Source: Gemmatimonadota bacterium (GTDB taxonomy: Bacteria > Gemmatimonadota > Gemmatimonadetes > Gemmatimonadales > GWC2-71-9). From it: 58,926 nucleotides of DNA. Position 1 is the first letter of the stretch. Each line of letters opens with the position of its first letter. The position numbers were made by a program, and so were the translations under genes. The notes beneath the pieces are model-generated. The model saw only the letters and a program-made list of their open reading frames with translations, was not told the origin of the DNA and ran no database searches. The stretch covers positions 1 to 58,926 of the forward strand of contig JACQHC010000046.1 of assembly GCA_016199245.1 (NCBI GenBank), read 5' to 3'. This document shows, in pieces, positions 55,893 to 58,926 of this stretch.

Positions 55893-56684
55893 TCACTTCC
55901 ACTCCCCCCCAAACGCCACCACCCGTGCAAACGCCGCCTCGCCTCCCTTGAACTTCCACGGGAAGCAGCCAAGCGTCAGCCGTGTGTTCTGCAGCTCGGG
56001 GGCGTCGATCTGGCCGCCCAGGTTCTCGATGTGGATACATTCCTTCGGGAACAGCGCGTTGTGCGTCAGCTGATAGGCGTCGTCCGGAAACAGCCGCTTC
56101 ATCCCCTCGGCCCCGAACTTTTTCTCGGCCTTGGTCCGAACGCGGTCGCAGTGGCCGTGCGCTCCTTTGCCGAGGAACCGGCCGATCGGGAGATTCATGG
56201 GGTGATCCGTGGAAACGCAGTCCACGCCCCACACGTGGATCCGCTTCTCCAACAGCCACGGCACCATGTCGGGATGGGCGCCGGGGTGATAGTGGTAGTA
56301 GCGCTCTTCGTCCGGTGAAGCGCCGAAGTCGGCATACTGGTGCCAGCCCGTGTGCAACAGCAGCAGGTCGCCCGGTCGCACCTCGACCCGCTGCTCGATC
56401 ATCTGGGGCGTGTACACGGCGAGATCGTCCATCTCGTCCCGGAGGTCGACGATCACCCCGGTGCCGCACAACCACTCGAGCGGGATCTCGTCGATCGTCT
56501 TGCCGGCCGTGACGAAATGGCGCGGCGCGTCGAGATGCGTCCCCATGTGGTTCGATGTCATGATGTACTGCGCGTTGACGCCGTGTTCCGCTTTGCGCTT
56601 GATGTACTTCACCTCGAACGGCGGGTAGTACGGCCAGAAGGAGCTGCGCTCGTTCAGGGGCTGGGAGAGATCATAGAGTTTCAT
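55893..56684 (-). CDS. Cyclase-family protein (kynurenine formamidase-like metal hydrolase)
   Basis: The motif HMGTHLDAPRHF (HxGTHxDxPxH) and a later DHPMN segment. Confidence 0.8.
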   Translation of the reverse strand: MKLYDLSQPLNERSSFWPYYPPFEVKYIKRKAEHGVNAQYIMTSNHMGTHLDAPRHFVTAGKTIDEIPLEWLCGTGVIVDLRDEMDDLAVYTPQMIEQRVEVRPGDLLLLHTGWHQYADFGASPDEERYYHYHPGAHPDMVPWLLEKRIHVWGVDCVSTDHPMNLPIGRFLGKGAHGHCDRVRTKAEKKFGAEGMKRLFPDDAYQLTHNALFPKECIHIENLGGQIDAPELQNTRLTLGCFPWKFKGGEAAFARVVAFGGEWK

Positions 56685-56685
56685 A

Positions 56686-58158
56686 TCACCTCTTCATGAG
56701 CAGCCAATAGAGTCCAAACGACACGATCGCGGCGGAAAACCACGCGCCATCGAACAGAAACCGGAGAGGCGCTGCCAGCGTGCCGGCGAGGGCCACGAGC
56801 ACGCCCGCGGTCAGGGCGACCAGCGCGTGGCGGTTGATCCCGCGCCGGTAGGCGTACGCGCCGTCCACCGTGTACAGGTCCTTGAGGACCAGCGCGCCGC
56901 GGCGAATCAGGACGTAATCGCACACGATCACGCCGCCTACGGCGCCCAGCAGTCCCGAGTAGGTGATCAGCCATCCCTGGTACATGTCGAGCAGCTTCCA
57001 CGGGAAGATCAGCACGCCCAGGGCGCCGGCAATCAACCCGCCCAGCCGGAACCCGATCCGCCGCGGGTTGAGGTTGGCAATGCTGTTCGCCGGCGCCACG
57101 ATATTCGCGGCGATGTTGGTGGTCAGCGTGGCAACAACGATCGCGGCGAGCGCGAGCAAACCGAGCAGCGGACTGCCGGACTCATTGGCAAGGCGAGCCA
57201 GCAGATCCACGGGGTTCCAGATCGCCTGGCCGTACAGAACCACGGTGGCGCTCGTGACCGCCACGCCAATGAAGGCGAACAGCGGCATCGTGGTGAGCAG
57301 GCCCAACGCCTGGCCGATCGCCTGGTCCCGCTGGCTCTTGGCGTAGCGCGTGAAGTCCGGGATGTTGAGCGAGAGGGTCGCCCAGTATCCCACCATCGCG
57401 GTGACCCAGGGAACGAGCACGGCCAGGGCGCTGGTTCGCGCGCCGCCCTCGGCGGGTCTCAGCGCGTCGGCGCCATCGAGCATCACGCCGAGCCCGCCAA
57501 CCCGGAAGGTGGCCCACGCCAGCAACGCCAGGCCCAACCCGATCAGCACCGGGGCCGACAGCGTCTCCAACCACTTGATGCTCTCCGTGCCCGCCCACAC
57601 GAAGTACATGTTGACGAGCCAGAACGCGAGAAAGCTCACGTAGTGGGAGACTCCGTAGCCCATGAACCGCCACTCGCCACCCAGCGAGAGCCACGCCGGC
57701 CACAGAATGCCGAGCAGGGCGTTGATGGCGAGCCCCCCGATCCACGTCTGGATGCCGAACCAGCCGCACGCGACCACCGCCCGCATCAGGGCCGGGACGT
57801 GGGCGCCCGAATGGCCGAACGCCGCGCGGGCGTACACGGGGAACGGGATGCCGTACTTCGCTCCTGCGTGGGCGTTGATCACGAGGGGAACCAGCACGAT
57901 GGCGTTGCCGAGCAGAATGGCGAAGAGGCTCAGCTGCCAGGACAGGCCGGCATCGATCATGCTCGCGGCGAGCATGTACGTTGGGATGCACACGCTCATG
58001 CCCACCCACAGCGAGGCAACATGCCACAGGTTCCAGGTGCGCTGCTCGAGACGCGTGGGGGCGATGTCCGGGTTGATCAGGGCGCTTGGCGGCAACGCGT
58101 CGGCTAGCTCGACCAGCTCGCCGCTCGACGAAGACGCGAGGGGGGCCGCCGGATTCAT
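56686..58158 (-). CDS. NCS1-family nucleobase/hydantoin/allantoin:cation symporter
   Basis: INPDIAPTRLEQRTWNLWHVASLWVGMSVCIPTYMLA is the typical NCS1 N-terminus. 12 TM segments, 490 aa. Confidence 0.85.
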   Translation of the reverse strand: MNPAAPLASSSSGELVELADALPPSALINPDIAPTRLEQRTWNLWHVASLWVGMSVCIPTYMLAASMIDAGLSWQLSLFAILLGNAIVLVPLVINAHAGAKYGIPFPVYARAAFGHSGAHVPALMRAVVACGWFGIQTWIGGLAINALLGILWPAWLSLGGEWRFMGYGVSHYVSFLAFWLVNMYFVWAGTESIKWLETLSAPVLIGLGLALLAWATFRVGGLGVMLDGADALRPAEGGARTSALAVLVPWVTAMVGYWATLSLNIPDFTRYAKSQRDQAIGQALGLLTTMPLFAFIGVAVTSATVVLYGQAIWNPVDLLARLANESGSPLLGLLALAAIVVATLTTNIAANIVAPANSIANLNPRRIGFRLGGLIAGALGVLIFPWKLLDMYQGWLITYSGLLGAVGGVIVCDYVLIRRGALVLKDLYTVDGAYAYRRGINRHALVALTAGVLVALAGTLAAPLRFLFDGAWFSAAIVSFGLYWLLMKR

Positions 58159-58926
58159 GCTATCTGCACCCGCTCGAACGCCCTGGACAACGCCCGTCGT
58201 ACTAGCACGCCCACGAGGTGCCGGCGATAGTCGCTCGACGCATGGATGTCGCTGGGCGGATCCACGTCCCCATTTGCCGCTCGATCCGCGGCCGCCCGCA
58301 TCACCTCAGCCGTGGGCGCTTCGCGCACCAGCACCTCCACGGCACCACTCGCGGACACCGGTCCGTCGCCCACGCTCAGCAACACGACGCGGGCGCCGGC
58401 GCACCGGCCTCCGGCGTTCAGCCACACCGTCGCCGCCACGCCGACCAGCGCGTAGTCGCCGTGCCGGCGCGACACTTCCAGGAACGCGTGGCCGCATCGC
58501 TCCGGCGGCGGCGGCAGATGGACCGCGAGCAACAGCTCGGTGGGACGCAAGGCCGTGGTGAACAGGCCGGTGAAGAACTCACCCGCGTCGATCCAGCGCG
58601 TACCGTGCCGGCTCCCGACCTGAAACCGCGCGCCGCTGGCCACCATCGCTGCCGGCAATTCAGCCGCCGGGTCGGCGTGGGCCAGGCTTCCGCCGATCGT
58701 GCCGCGGTTGCGGATCTGCGGGTGAGCGACGAACGGCATGGCCTCATGGAGGAGTGGTGCCATGGTCTTCACCAGATCGCTCCGCTCTACTTCCCCCTGG
58801 CGGGTCATCGCGCCGATGTGAAGCCCCTCGGCGGGCGTGGGGCGCAGATAGGCCAGGTCCGCGGCCGGATTGAGGTCGATCAGCCGCCGGGGTTGTGCGA
58901 GGCGGAAGTTCATGGCCGGAATCAGA
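58155..58926 (-). CDS. FAD-binding medium subunit of a second molybdenum hydroxylase (N-terminus beyond the window end)
   Basis: NFRLAQPRRLIDLN, IGAMTRQ, HPQIRNRGTIGGSLAHADPAAELP, SDIHASSDYRRHL. Family members have ~30 more N-terminal residues, so the frame probably continues past 58926. Confidence 0.75.
   Translation of the reverse strand, partial: LIPAMNFRLAQPRRLIDLNPAADLAYLRPTPAEGLHIGAMTRQGEVERSDLVKTMAPLLHEAMPFVAHPQIRNRGTIGGSLAHADPAAELPAAMVASGARFQVGSRHGTRWIDAGEFFTGLFTTALRPTELLLAVHLPPPPERCGHAFLEVSRRHGDYALVGVAATVWLNAGGRCAGARVVLLSVGDGPVSASGAVEVLVREAPTAEVMRAAADRAANGDVDPPSDIHASSDYRRHLVGVLVRRALSRAFERVQIA

Noticed and set aside
1-58926. Search for tRNA, rRNA, integrase or transposase genes and island-flanking direct repeats
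   Set aside because: None were recognised in any intergenic region or ORF translation. The left island boundary lies outside the window, so att-type repeats cannot be assessed.

Overview
High-GC bacterial chromosomal window. The gene content resembles Gemmatimonadota/Acidobacteriota-type soil heterotrophs, but this taxonomic guess rests on gene content only. No rRNA, tRNA, CRISPR array, transposase or integrase was recognised.

Positions 1 to about 13450 are an accessory defence island built on a type I R-M locus, all on the minus strand except one cassette.
- Reading 5' to 3' on the minus strand: SNF2 helicase, a 319-aa protein that keeps only the C-terminal tail of HsdM, an ORF6N protein, a short second hsdM 3' fossil, hsdS, and a Gabija pair (OLD-family gajA carrying a +1 frameshift, then UvrD-like gajB).
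- A plus-strand cassette follows: a 138-aa unknown, a HicB-like ORF, a DUF433/PIN-like toxin-antitoxin pair and a 75-aa ORF.
- hsdR comes last. It runs off the left edge and is therefore absent from the ORF track.
- No catalytically competent methyltransferase gene is visible anywhere in the window.
- The SNF2 plus HsdM-tail gene pair heading the hsdS operon is my best candidate for an undescribed system. The alternative reading is a decay scar.

Positions 13.5 to 58.9 kb are mostly core or catabolic genes.
- Transport and proteolysis: an M28 peptidase/anchored protein/sodium-solute symporter operon, M20 and two S9 peptidases, a TonB-dependent receptor, an ADOP/MacB-type permease and an Asp-box (sortilin-like) protein.
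- Redox: Gfo/Idh/MocA and GMC oxidoreductases.
- Other: a secreted triple-RidA protein and a GGDEF-REC protein.
- Catabolism: two molybdenum-hydroxylase gene sets flanking amidase, cyclase and NCS1 permease genes.
- A small second accessory islet at 26.7 to 29.0 kb holds a shortened Uma2-like gene, vapBC and an unknown.

Two intergenic repeat families recur: a 7-nt-periodic CGAT-rich palindromic element at four or more loci, and a purine/G-tract-rich element at four loci. Copies of both appear to have been absorbed into annotated N-termini.

Many long ORFs in the track are antisense or off-frame shadows typical of high-GC DNA and were rejected.
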